Shown here piece after piece: positions 51,018-63,955 of a stretch of 64,000 nucleotides of DNA. Source of the DNA: Malacoraja senta (lineage: Eukaryota); assembly GCA_038087875.1 (NCBI GenBank), contig CM075985.1, forward strand, positions 24,862,001 through 24,926,000, in the 5' to 3' direction. The position numbers and the translations under genes are program-made. Position 1 is the stretch's first letter, and the number at the start of each line of letters is the position of its first letter. Below the pieces are notes generated by a model. It ran no database searches. It saw only the letters and a list, made by a program, of their open reading frames with translations, and had not been told where the DNA came from.

Positions 51018-51447
51018 GTGAGTTCCTTTACATTGTTGCCAATATTCTAAGTTAGAAACATGCAGTCCATTTGGCTTCTGAGGCTTGATCTGCATGTAAA
51101 ACACCAAGACTGATCTAACTCCATTCAACCTACAATTGTCCTACTTCACTCAATACTTCTAGTTAACAAACATCTATTAACTTTGTATTAAGAGTTGTTA
51201 ACTAGAAGTTTTCACATCAATTGCCAATTGCAAGAAATTTCAAACTATTACCACATTGTGTGTGCAGACGGGTTTGCTACATGCATCCTATAAAGTTTGG
51301 TTTGATTTCTCACCCAGCCAGACTTTCTGTAGAGTGTATATAATCTTGCCTCATAATTTAGTCCAAGTATCAATTTGATAAATTCACAATGTGCTGCCTC
51401 CAAAGCCAATATGTATTTCTAAATCTAAGGTGCATAGAATTGCTTAA

Positions 51448-51766
51448 AGGGCCTGTCCCACTTACGTGACTTTTTTGGCAACTGCCGGCACCCGTCGTAG
51501 GTAGGCAAAAATTTTAAACATGTTGAATATTCAGCGGCGACCGGCAAGACGCTACGACTCTTTAGGTGACTAGGAGACTACTCACCACTATACAGGCGAC
51601 ATGTCGCAGGGTGAAGCCTGTATGGTCGTCAGTAGTTCACCAAAGAGTCGTACCTTGTTCTGGTCTCTGCTGGATTTTCAACATGTTCAAAATTTTCGGC
51701 GACCTGTAACAACCTATGACGGGTGCCGGCAGTCGCCGAAAAAGTCGCGTAAATGGGACAGGCCCT
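51448..51766. mobile_element. PIF/Harbinger-like MITE
   Basis: Same TIR; long inverted arms; TAA duplication. Confidence 0.85.
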
Positions 51767-52667
51767 TAAGTGTTGCTGGGATTTGTGTCTAACCAAGGCT
51801 TTGTTCTCTTCTTCAATTCATTTCATAGGATGTGGGCAGCACATGGAGTGATCTTTAGTTTAAATGTGGCAAAACTGGCAAAGTTCACTCCAGTTCTTGC
51901 TCACTTATGATTAATCTGGTCCCCAGATGATTCAAATGATGAGGTGAAAGTGAGTAAGAATCTACTTGATTCTGACACCTTATAGGTTTTCCACCATTTG
52001 CAAGGTATAGGTCAGGACAGCGAAGGGCTACTCTGTTGCCCTGATTAATTTTGATACAATAATAATCAAAAACAACGGGACATAGTATCCCAATGCATTG
52101 CTCTAAATATTCATATCATCAAGCAATGTGTACCATTTGCAAATGTAAGGCAGCAACTTGCCAAACACTCTGTGAAAACCATCCCAAACCTGTGCCCAAC
52201 ATGTCCCCACGGAGCCTTCGACACATTAACTGCAGCAGCCCAATACGGTCATTGCCACCTTCTTGAAAGTAGTTAAGTCTGGACATTAAATGCTGGGATC
52301 ACCAACTGCACCCACATCCAATATAAGAACTTTAAAAATGAAGTAAAATTGTGTTGCCCCGATATCATCATGAGGGTCTTGATTTATTTTTTCATTTCAC
52401 TGTCTGATAATATGGCAAAGACCTTGTCTTACAAAATAATTCGTGACATGACATGTTAAATTATGTTCTGCACATATTCATTTTTGAACACATTAACTGT
52501 AGAGCTGTTTGACAAATTATTGGAACAATTTATTTTATTGCCAGAAACTACTTTATGACACATATTAATTCTATAATGTGCATCAAATATAGACATGATC
52601 AAAACACCGAACGACATGTTTTTTGTATCTTGTGTTAATTTTCACAATTATATTTTTCCTTTCACAG

Positions 52668-52851
52668 TTAACAGTCAATGGAATAAACGTGAAACTTCCC
52701 TATAATTCAAAAGGATTTAGCATTACAAAATTAGGCTCCAGCACACGTATTTTTATTCCTGACATTCGAACAGTAATTAATGCTTTCCGTAATGCCTTTA
52801 AGATCAGAGTACCTGAAAAATACTTCTTTAACAACACTCAAGGCCAATGCG
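52668..52851 (+). CDS. VWD4 exon 2 (LTVNG...FFNNTQGQC)
   Basis: tcacag|TTA ... G|gtatga; ORF 52623..52874. Confidence 0.9.
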
Positions 52852-52960
52852 GTATGAATTCTAAGACTCCATAAAGTTGTATAAATTCGTACATTCCAAA
52901 ATCTTACTGCTAATTTGTGCCTTAATTTAATTCATAACATAATATCTCTTCCTTTTTTAG

Positions 52961-53165
52961 GATCCTGCTCCGCAGACCAATGCATTAGAAAAAATGGCAA
53001 AGTTGAGCCTTCTGACTGTTGTCACAAAACTGCATTTGATTGGAAAGTTGATGATCTCAGTAAACCTTACTGCGATTCAGCTCCCACTAATGTTCCCTGT
53101 ATTCCCCCTCCTCCTCCACCAACATGCCCCAGTACGAAAACAATCTGTGATATCATTCAAGGAGA
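52961..53165 (+). CDS. VWD4 end and Pro-rich linker (GSCSADQC...CDIIQGE)
   Basis: ttttag|GA ... GA|gtaagt; ORF 52915..53169. Confidence 0.9.
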
Positions 53166-53924
53166 GTAAGTGACCTCATTCTTGCCATTTATTTTATTTC
53201 AGGATAACTGATTGTGATGATTTGCACATCCATCTGCATTTATTCCGTCTCCTCTCTCTAATTATCTAGGGCTCATTAAGTATAACTCTTGCCTCTAAAT
53301 CACAAACGTGAGCACAATATCCAGTTTGACAATCCAATCCTGAACTAAGGGAATGCTGCAGTTTCAGATAAGACATTTCTCGCACTGAAAATGGCAGCCA
53401 TGAATTCACATTTTAGGTCCTGAGCCCTCTGACTTCAATACCTAAAGCCCTGCTTCTTATGATCTCTCCCCCTTTTTAGAAACTCTTTAAAACTTATGAT
53501 TTTTATGCTTTTGGACACCTTTAGTACCTTTTCATGTGGTTCAGGACCATTTTAAATGTTAATATTCTTGCAAAATGTGTTTACTGTATTGGTGTCGTAA
53601 ATGCAGGGTGTTGCTGTTATAATTTGCTTCAAGCGGACATTATTCCTATTGCGTCCTTAATACCCTTGTCAAATTCGTTGTTGACTGAGATGACCTTTAA
53701 AAGATGCATACTTGACATATCTTCCACTACATTCAGCTACTTATGGCTTTGTGCTAAACTCCAGGCCACTAGCACATGCTCAGCCCCAGGGAAATTGCAA
53801 AACCACCTCTAACAATCTGCTTGCTGCCTCCAATCTTGCTTTATTTCCTGAGATCTCCTGAGAACAAATCACACTGTGCCACCCTAAATTAGTTCACTCC
53901 TGGGATTAGTGAACTAATCTCAGA

Positions 53925-54202
53925 GGTAGCAGTATAGCGCCAAAGAGCCGGGCTCGCTCCCGACTATGGGCGCTGTGTATACGTAGTCTGTATGTTCTCC
54001 CCGTGAGCTGCGTGGGTTTCCTCTGAGATCTTCCGTTTCCTCCCACACTCCAAAGACGTACAGGTATGTAGATAAATTGGTTTGGTAAATGTAAAAAATG
54101 TCCCTAGTGTGTGTAGGATAGTGTTAATATGCTGGGATTGCTGGTCGGCGCGCACCTGATAGGCCGAAGGGCCTGCTTCCGTGCTGTATCTCTAAATTAA
54201 AC
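53925..54202 (+). mobile_element. V-SINE-like element
   Basis: Same core as 13352. Confidence 0.78.
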
Positions 54203-54663
54203 TGTCACCATAGTTGCATTTGAGACCCTAAACTACCCCCCTCCCTCTTAGGATTCCACAGCCACATGAAGAAGTCAATGTATGCAAAACTCACATGTGG
54301 TCATATGCGATTCAAGTCTTCAAAAATATGCCAGAGAAAGCTGGAGAATTAAGTGAAACAAATTAGTAGGCAGATTGGTGAGAGTCATCAATAATTGTTT
54401 GCATTATACGTTGCATTTTAAATCTGAGACTAATCAAGAAACCTGTTTCAATTTACTTTGTAGGATGAGCAAACTCGGGATCAGTAAACTAAAACCAAAG
54501 TTGTATCAAGACAACTAAATACATAATTTTCTATTAGCTTCAATTTCAATTGTCTAGTTTTTCAGGTTTAGATAATACAGTTAGTGATAAATTATTAGAG
54601 ATAGTTTGTGACAAATTATTTTATTTTCATCAATGTTATCTCATGTAATTTTTCTTTATTTAG

Positions 54664-54839
54664 ACCATTTAGAGAATGCAGAAGCAAGATCGACCTTAAG
54701 CGGTTTGTCAAGAGTTGTGTCTTTGACCACTGTGTTCTCAATTCCACTGCTGACTGTAGTAGCTTGGAAGCTGCTGCCTTGGCCTGTGCAAGTGTGGGTG
54801 TGTGTGTGGACTGGAGGAAATCCACAAATGGAAAATGCA
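54664..54839 (+). CDS. C8-4 exon (PFRECR...CVFDHC...GVCVDWRKSTNGKC)
   Basis: tttag|A ... A|gtaagt; ORF 54608..54862. Confidence 0.92.
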
Positions 54840-54994
54840 GTAAGTATCCCAAATCTGGATGATAATCAGGTACTTATGAAAACAGATATATTTACTGTCA
54901 GGTACAGAGGAAACATGACAAGATACAAAAAAACAGTTTCTAACCAAAATAACAAAAATGAATACTCTTCTTGGATCAATGGTTTAAAGACCAT

Positions 54995-55490
54995 AAGATA
55001 GAATTAGGCCATTCGGTCATGATTGATCCAGCTTTTCCTCTCAACCCCATTCTCCTGCCTTCTCCCATAACTTTTGATAACCTTACTAATCCAGAACCTA
55101 TCATCTCCGCTTAAGTCCACTGATTCACCACTCTCTGGCTAAAGAAATTCCTCCTCCACTCCGTCCTATTATTCTGAAGCTGCGCCCTCTGTTTCTAGAC
55201 TCTCCCATTACTGGAAACATTCTTCCCATGTCCACTCTATCTAGGACTTTCATTATCTGGTATGTTTCAATGATATCCCCCATCATACTTATGAATTCCA
55301 ACAAGTACAGGCATTGAGCCATCAAACACTCTTCATATGTTAACCCAATCATCCCTGGGACCATTCTCGTAAACCACCTCTAGACCCTCTCTAATGCCAG
55401 CACATTCTTCCTTAGATATTGGGCCCAGAATTGCTCACAATATTCTCAATGTGAGTTCACCTGCGCTTTAAACCCTCAGCATTACATCTT
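54995..55490 (-). mobile_element. Degenerate CR1 fragment
   Basis: ORF 55125..55364 resembles the CR1 ORF 9369..9659. Confidence 0.75.
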
Positions 55491-55813
55491 TGAGTGGTTT
55501 ACACTTTCAGTGCTTTCTTCCTCACAGAGACTTAATATCTTCGGCCTACTTATCAATTCTTATTTGAGAGGATTCAGGATGTCTAAAATCTGTTTTGTAA
55601 CCTTGCGTCGGATGTATAAAACCTTCATTAGAGGTTTCATGAGTTATTTGGTGAAAGCGGGATTCCAGGTATGTGTAAGATGAAGATTTGGATATACTAG
55701 ACTTTTGCTAACATGACAGTAGTTTTTGATGATATATATTTAAATTGAATGCCTTTTTTACTTAGACATTTTGTCCATATCTGCACTGATGCACTTTTTT
55801 TTAAATTCCAAAG

Positions 55814-55883
55814 ATTATACCTGTGATGAAGGTTTAGTATACAAGCCATGTGCAAGGAATAACAGTGACTATTGTGAACACAA
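55814..55883 (+). CDS. TIL4 exon 1 (YTCDEGLVYKPCARNNSDYCEH)
   Basis: aag|AT ... AA|gtaagt; phase 1-2. Confidence 0.85.
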
Positions 55884-56019
55884 GTAAGTATAATGCTTGC
55901 ATGTTCCAACTAAAAATTCATATCCATGTCAGTTATCTGGTCATGAACTATAATGTTTTTAAATTAAACCCTTGTCTTTGATTGTAAAATTAAATCAAAG
56001 CCTCTGTCTCTTCCTGCAG

Positions 56020-56126
56020 TGTGGTGAAAGCTGGCGAGACGTTCAACCCAGCTGAGGAAGGCTGCTTTTGTCCAGATGGATTGGTCTTTTCTGAAGACAG
56101 ATCCAAATGTGTTCCTTTTTGTGAAA
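56020..56126 (+). CDS. TIL4 exon 2 (...EEGCFCPDGLVFSEDRSKCVPFCE)
   Basis: ctgcag|T ... A|gtaggt; EGCFCP motif. Confidence 0.9.
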
Positions 56127-56274
56127 GTAGGTTTATTGAAATTTTAGTTTCAATTTTGTTCGCATTGTTTGTTGTATACATTAGGAATATCTGCAGGCTC
56201 CAGTGGGATGTGATTGTGTACGTCCCATAATGCTTAATTGTTTAGAGGGACTCAGCTAATGGATAGGTATTTTT

Positions 56275-56582
56275 GGTTTAGAGAAACAACGTAGAAACAG
56301 GCCCTTCAGCAAACTGAGTCCAAGGCGACCTCGATCACCTGTTCACACTAGTTGTATGTTATCCCACTTTCACATCCACTCTCTGCACAGCTGGGGCAAT
56401 TTACAGAGGCCAATTAACCTAGAAAACCCACATATCTTTAGGATATGGGAGAAAACCAGAGAACCCGGAGGACACACACAGTCACAGGGAGAACAAGCAA
56501 ATACCATGCAGATAGCACCCGAGGTCAGGATCGAACGCAGGTCTCTGGCGCTGTGAGGCAGCGTCTCTACCAGCTGTGCCGC
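56275..56582 (-). mobile_element. V-SINE-like element
   Basis: Reverse complement of the same family. Confidence 0.72.
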
Positions 56583-57138
56583 TGGTGGAGGAGGAGAAGA
56601 CGAGGAGATATTGAGAAGGGCCAATGCCTCTAATTATCACCCACCTATTCCTTGAGATGACCCACTAATTTATGGTAATGTTTGCATTTTCTGTAGCTAT
56701 AAAAGATTATTCAAGAAATGATACAATAACCAAAATGGATAAGCATATGCGAAGCAGGAAAATATGCTGCCAACCACTTCCTGCCATTCTCATCTTCCAT
56801 AGTCTTGGTGCTGCTATTTGGTGAAGACATCTTGGGGAAATATTTCATGTGACTAATTCTCAAAATAGGGATACCTGCTGAAGCTACTGATATAAAACTC
56901 GTCAATAAATGTCCTAAATTTTGAAATCCCTTTGAAGCATGTAGCAGCAAAAAAACTCTTTCCTTTTCACATACTTACTCTCAATTCTAATTACAAAGGT
57001 CTCGAACATGGAATTGTGGCTAAGTCTGACACATTAGTAGATCTGATATATTTATCAAATGTCTTCAGTGGCAGAAAGAGAAATACAAGGGTGTCAATTA
57101 GATTATAAAGGAGTATTATCAATTATTGTTATTTATTA

Positions 57139-57433
57139 GGTGTCAGGTCGGGGGGAGTTCCCCCCGCCATAGGTACCATGTAATCCCGTGCTACCTGTTC
57201 CATGGTCGGATAGTCGGCGACTAAACCGTCTCCACCACCTGGTTTGCCAGGTGAGGGGGGCGGGGGGCTGTGGACCCCCAGCAGGACCAAAAACAAGACC
57301 TGTCAAAGGGCGGATGAGCTCCCCTAGTGAGGCAACGGCCATCCACACTTCAGTAAAAGTTGTGCTCACTGTCATACATTGCATTGTAAGGCACCGTGCC
57401 TGTTGATGTTTTCAACAATGATGATGATGGTGA
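57139..57433 (+). mobile_element. Short GC-rich retroposon with (TGA)n tail
   Basis: 10 bp direct repeat ttatttatta on both sides; tail aatgatgatgatggtga. Confidence 0.7.
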
Positions 57434-57696
57434 TTATTTATTAATTCTTCTGCTGTAAACATGGCAGGAGAGCTAATAATTAATAACAATTCAGTTCATA
57501 CTTGCTGGCTTTTACATGGCAAGCCAGTGACCCAGACAAATAAGTCCTCATCAACATTGTCATATAAAGGAAAATATATTATCTTTTGCAGCTGGTACAA
57601 AATTATTTAAATACACACATCTTCAATGAAATAGTGGGAGATTCCTTATTTGCTAACACTAAAGCTAGATGCAAGAAACAATAAATCAGAATAACT

Positions 57697-58560
57697 CAAC
57701 TTCCTTAAATTAAACAGTAGCAAAACAGAATTTCTCCTCATTGGCTCCAAATCAACACTCACTAAAATTAACAACCCCACTCTCACTATCGACGGCACCA
57801 CTGTCTCCCCATCTCCTCAGGCACGCAACCTTGGCGTGATCCTTGACTCAACCCTCTCCCTTGAGCCTCACATCCGCCATGTTGTCAAAACATCATTTTT
57901 TCACCTCCGCAACATTGCAAAAATCAGATCGTCTCTCACACCCCCCGTTGCTGAAAGACTCATCCATGCCTTCATCTCCTCCCGACTGGACTACTGTAAC
58001 TCTCTTCTTTTCGGAATCAATTCCAGCAGCATCAAACGACTCCAACTGGTCCAAAATGCAGCCGCTCGACTCATTACCCACACCAAATCCTGGCACCACA
58101 TCACCCCAGTTCTCAAAGAACTTCACTGGCTTCCCATTTCCCACCGGATCACCTACAAAATCCTGGTCCTCACCTACAAAGCCCTCAACAACCTGGCCCC
58201 CCCTTATCTCATTGACCTCCTCTCCCCCTACCAACCCTCACGGTCCCTCAGATCCACATCAGCTGGTCTCCTCTCCACTCCGAAATCTAACCTCTGCACT
58301 TTTGGAGGCAGAGCCTTCTCCAGGGCAGCTCCCAGGCTCTGGAATTCCCTCCCACAACTGGTCCGAAATTCTGAGTCCCTCACCATCTTCCAGTCCCGCC
58401 TCAAGACCCATCTCTTCACCTCTGCATACCCTTAGTCCCATGTTCCCATCCCCTCTGTCTTACTGCTCTATTTTGTTTTGTTTATTCCTGACTCTCAATT
58501 GTAAAGCGACTTTGAGTCCTGAAAAGCGCTATATAAATAAAATCTATTATTATTATTATT
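57697..58560 (+). mobile_element. 5'-truncated L2 LINE
   Basis: NFLKLNSSKTEFL..ARNLGVILD..HAFISSRLDYCNSL..LQLVQNAAARL..LHWLP; AATAAA followed by (ATT)n tail. Confidence 0.92.
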
Positions 58561-59065
58561 AGAAGGTGATTTTGACTAGTGTTCTTACTTGATCCAGATT
58601 AGGTATTTTTATTAGGTTAAAATCTCCATGAGAAATATATTAATCATCAGTAGCTCTTGATCCACTCCATTGTAATACCAGTACTTTATATTCTACCTCT
58701 GAAATTCAGTTCCATTAACTTTAACCAGGGATGAGGGAATTTAGGCAAGCAATTATTAATGGTTAATTGAAGAAAACCACATTGGGAGGTTATAATGAAA
58801 CAAATTTGCAGCAAAAATACTACGAAGAGAACAGATATGTTATATATGTAAACACAAGAAGCTGCAGATGCAGAAATCTAGCAAAAAACAAAAAGGTTGG
58901 AGGAACTCAAGAGGTCAGGCTGTTTCTGTCTGAAGGGTCCTGATCTGAAATGTTGACTGTCCTTTCTTTCCACAAATAATGCCTGACCCACTGAGCTCCT
59001 CCACCACTTTGTGTTTGCTTGTGTTATACATTTATTAATAAACAATTATTTGGGTTTTATTGCAG

Positions 59066-59097
59066 GTTGCCATGACTATTTAGGACGGCCAAGAAAG
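59066..59097 (+). CDS. Micro-exon (SCHDYLGRPRK)
   Basis: ttgcag|GT ... AAG|gtgagt; 32 nt, phase 1-0 fits both neighbours. Confidence 0.8.
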
Positions 59098-59692
59098 GTG
59101 AGTGTTCAAAAACGCTTAACGATAGAACATGAACACGTCTTTCAGCCCACAAAGTTCATGCCGAACATGATGCCAGGTTAAATACTCTCCTCTGCCTGCA
59201 CGTGATCAATATCCCTTCATTTACTGCCTATCTAAAAGCCTCTTAAATGCCACTATTGTGCTGCCAGGTGTGGTGATGGAAGTTGACATTTCCACCTTTG
59301 AGGAAAGACGGTTCTGACTATATCCTACTTTTGCCACTCTGAGTTACTCCAAAATTTCGAGTTTTTTTCCCCCTGAACCGATTAGAAATGGCATTGTTAC
59401 AGGAAAGAGATTAGGAATGCTGATGTACAAAAATAGTTTCTAATTCAAAATTGTTTAGAAACCATCAGTAGAAATATTTAAAAGACCAAATAATTATTAG
59501 ACACATTGACATATTAAAATCACTTAGAAACAATTAAGAACATTAAACATGAATTCATTCAGTAAAGCAATTACACAAGAGCATTTTGCTTTATAATTTG
59601 CAGGACAACAATCCCCATTGAAATCTTTATGTTTTGGGTGCTTTATTGCCCAGAATCCTGCATTGTAATTTTTCAAATGATAGTTTATTTTA

Positions 59693-59958
59693 AACATAGA
59701 GCATGGAAACAGGCCCACTGAGTCCACGCTGACTTTCAATCATCCATCGGCCCTAGTTCTATGTTATCCCGATGCCTCCACATTAGCAGCAATTTTACTC
59801 AAGGCTAATTAACAACAAACCCGCATGTCTCTGGGATCTGAGGGGAAACAGGAGCACCCAGTCATAGGGAAAACTTGAAAAACTCCACACAGATAGCACC
59901 CAAGGTCAGGATTGAACCCGGGTCTCTGTGGCTCTACCAGCTGCCCCTACCATGCAGC
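59693..59958 (-). mobile_element. Degenerate V-SINE-like element
   Basis: Homologous to 56275-56582. Confidence 0.65.
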
Positions 59959-60597
59959 CCTTGTAGCACTCCCAAGTTGCTTATTCAACTGTGGTTCCTA
60001 ATGTAATGACTTCACTACACCCTTGTGGGATGCATCTCCAACATGCAATACTGGATAAATTTCCCTGCAGATATACTTGATCCAAGTTTATCCAAGATTG
60101 TTTATAATCTTCGACCTGTTTTCCCACAATAATCGAGGGGCACTGACTTGGAAGTGAAATTCTAGGAACCTGATGACCAGTTGTCCAAAACCAACCTACT
60201 CTCCCACCTCCATTGAGATTAAAACTTATTTTTTTATGAACCAATAAACAAATCGCTCATGTATTGAAAGTTAGCACCCATATAGCTCTGCTGAAGATCG
60301 TCAAGGCACACAATAACCTGGAGAAGTGAAGAAGTAATTTGCTATCTTCTGCTCAGACCAGGGTGGGAGAAGAATATTAAGGCCTTAACATTTTTATTTT
60401 CCATCAAGCATAAAATAAATTTGCGCTGTAAGTTTGCTGGTGTAAAAAACAGGTAAATCGTTGCATTTTGGTTGTACTGTGAAATCTATTTTTTTTTTCA
60501 TTAATATTTACGTAGACACACACTCTGTTGGATGTTATGTACTCTTAATGGTAAAAGTGCCTGCCATGTAATTTTGCCCTCCTGGTTTTGTTCACAG

Positions 60598-60708
60598 AAT
60601 GGTGAGACATGGGAAGATCCTACAAATCCGTGCATTTCATATTCATGTACTCCGTATGGAGTTTTAATCAGAAATCAGTCTTGCATTCAGGATGAAACCT
60701 GCCCTGAG
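60598..60708 (+). CDS. VWC-like exon (NGETWEDPTNPCISYSC...TCPE)
   Basis: tcacag|AAT ... GAG|gtatgt. Confidence 0.88.
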
Positions 60709-61614
60709 GTATGTGAGAATCAGTATTGATTACAAGCATGTCAATCTCATCAAGGAAAATGAATAAATCATTCTATAAGACCTTCTGAAGTACAGAATCT
60801 TATAAAATACTTTTCAGATCTGATGGGATTGATTTTGTGTGTCTTTTATGGTCTTGTGATCAGAGTAGATTAAAATGAAATTTCATATTTCAATTACGGA
60901 AACTATTACTACTGTTCATTTATTCTTTTATTTCAATTGTTTATCCTCTGTGAAGCAATCATACTACCTTCTTTTATGTCCATTTAAACGTAAGCAAGCA
61001 AATGAAACATGCCTGGAATGGGATTTTTGTGCAGGTGCAGTTTATCTCAATCCCAAAATTGCATTCCTCGAGACTACACTATTTTGCAGCTTTCCTATTA
61101 TATTCAAGTATATTTAATGGAAATGTTAGGTGTTTATGAACACATCATGTATACAGTGCAGGAAGTGGTAAATTAATTATGAATGCTATCTTTTAACAAT
61201 TGCCTTAAAAAGTTGATTTTGTGTACCTGCATAGATTTTCGCTATACAAATATTTCAGAATAGAATGAAAATAATTGTAATTAAAAGTTGCTTATGATAT
61301 TTCAGCTCTATCTTAATCTTGGATATGTTTTAATTTTTATTCTGCACTCTGAAATACTTAAACCAATTGTTAAAAATTATCTTTTCTCCTTCCCGATTTA
61401 CTGTTTAAGAATTCATTAATCTTAATGGGTGCTTGACCTCTAATGATATCACTATTCTGGTAGCTAGGAATCCATCTGAACTGATGATTAACAACATGTA
61501 TGTTAGTCAAGGAGGTTTGATCTATAGAGATTACGGGGTCTTCAATTAATTGAAAGCTGTATATATAAAGATCAACATTTACCAAATTAACTGTTAATAT
61601 TTTGTTATTTTCAG

Positions 61615-61666
61615 TCTCAAAGAACCTATGCCAATCGTTGCTGTTTTACATGCAATCAAATACAAG
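61615..61666 (+). CDS. Small exon (SQRTYANRCCFTCNQIQ)
   Basis: tttcag|TCT ... G|gtaccc; CCxxC end of a VWC-like module. Confidence 0.8.
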
Positions 61667-62494
61667 GTACCCTTTTAATACCTGACATAAACATTGATTA
61701 TTTGTTGAAAATACTGTCTTGTAAAAATGACACTGTTAAATGACTACATAATCACTGACTAACTAGAGAAGGACCAACACTTCTATTGATTGGGAGGAAA
61801 TTCTCAGAAATAATTCAAATGTGCTTTGGTAAAAACTTAACAGGAATTACAAGAACCATTTGCAAAAACCCACGTGAAGCTCCTGATGTACATTTTTTAA
61901 CGTTTTTTTTTCTTATCAAATTCAAACCTGTTCTCAGCTTTTGTTAAAATTGTATATTTGTTCAGTTCCATTTTCACTGCTGATAAAATCTACTTTCTGG
62001 GCATGGGCTCATTAGATCTCTCTTCCCTTGCATGTTATTGAAGTGGAGGAATTTCATATCAGACATCCACACAACACATTTCATATGGTTATTGGACAGC
62101 AGTGAAATTGGCACCTGAAACCTACAGGGAACATTACACGAGTCTGCAATAATTTTCTGCCCTTCACTTCACATTTTGTACCAATGTATTTTTGCTACTG
62201 AATTGGTAATTTACTGATCGTAAAATTATGATTTCATCTTGGGCTTTTTGAGACATATATGCTTTTGATTTTGGTTATTTTGTGACATACTGTATTTCAG
62301 TGCCTCCTTATTGTATGAAATGCAATATCATACCTCTGGATATACTGTTAATTTACAGAATAAACTACTTTATAACAACACATGTAATGATGCTTGAAAA
62401 TTATGAATTCAAAGACAAATAAACGTATACACATTTGTCGAGATGCCCAAACCCACACTTCTAACATGGTCTGATTTACTTTTGCCTTCCTAAG

Positions 62495-62597
62495 GTCAAT
62501 GCACAATCAATAAATTCAATGAAACAATAACAAGAGGATTTTGCACAGCAACCTTTATGGCAAACCAATGTCAAGGATATTGTCCATCAGCAAGTCG
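62495..62597 (+). CDS. Cystine-knot (CTCK) exon 1 (QCTINKFNETITRGFC...NQCQGYCPSAS)
   Basis: cctaag|GT ... CG|gtaagt; CxGxC motif. Confidence 0.87.
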
Positions 62598-63955
62598 GTA
62601 AGTGAGATTTGTTCTGTTTTAATGTATGCAAACAAACAGTAGTATAGAGCATTAGAAAGCTCTACATGATGAGCATTCTGAGTTCAAATGTAACCTGGGG
62701 GTTCAATTTCTCTTAATGAAATTTAAAATGGATCCATCTATGATCATTGGCTTTATATCCTGCTAAATTGTCACATTTCCTTGTTGTTTTTGACTGCAAC
62801 CAGATCTAATGTGTTTCCAATTCTCATGGGCATTTGAATTTAAATGATAGTTTAACATTTTCAGAGTATAGACCAATAGTCTCTGGGTAGTTCTGTGCCC
62901 CATCTATTCTGTATGATCTCAAACTATCTTGGGGAGCACGTCCACCCTTCCTTCCTACCCTTAGCCCTGATACCAAATAATCCTGAAATTGTGATAGTTG
63001 AATGGATAAAAAGCAGTAGCAATTTGTTAGTCTGGTGTCATTGCCCTATATAACTGACACTTTTCTAGCTATGTTGAAGACAAGCCTGTTAATTAGTTTT
63101 TGGCATGTAGTAGTAGGTATTGCTTGGTCCCCAGTATATAATTCAGATGTTCAGAATTCCGCCCAGCTGGTTCTAATTTAGTTTTGTTTACTGAGGTACA
63201 GTGAAAAGCTTTTTTGTTGCATCCTATCCAATCATTGAGAAGACTATACTTGATTACAATTGAGCTGTCCACGGTGTACAGATACAGGATCAAGGGTATA
63301 TTATTTGGTGCAAGATGAAGTCCAATTAAAAATAGTTCAAAGGCTTCCAGAAATTCCCATTGGGAAGATTGTAATAAGTAAGTGTGAATTCAGTTTGGAG
63401 GATCGCAGTAGTGCAGGCAACCCCCACTGCTGACCACGGGAAACAGTCATGTTCCTATTTTCATTCCCACCCCTGCCATTCTACACTCTGACCGCAACTT
63501 CCTGCTGCTTTACACTTGCCAATTGGTTCAATCTCTGGACTGCTGCATTGACAGGAACATAGAGGTAGCAGCTGAAGGGATGGAAATAATTTGCATTTTA
63601 TTAAAGTAAGAAACAGGAATACTAAAATAGTGTATTTAAACCGTTCCATAATGGGTCTGCAACAGTAATGACTTGCATGGCTTCTTTTAGACTAAAAATG
63701 CTCAAGGCAAATCATGGCCTTTAAAGATCTAAAATTTGTAGGGCTGGAGAAGACTACACGTATACAGGGTGGAGAGTGAACATGCAGGGATCAGAAAACA
63801 AAGATGACAAAAATTAAGTCATAGTCAGACCAGAAGGCAATACTGGGTAATAATGTAGTATTCAGCCATAACAACTGTACAAGAATAGGCTAACGTAACA
63901 TTGTAATAATAAGTTAACAAACTTGTCCTACATCTTTATGCAAATATTTTTCAAG

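Noticed and set aside
57836-58435. 199 aa ORF as a host gene
   Set aside because: It is the C-terminus of an L2 LINE ORF2 with an (ATT)n tail
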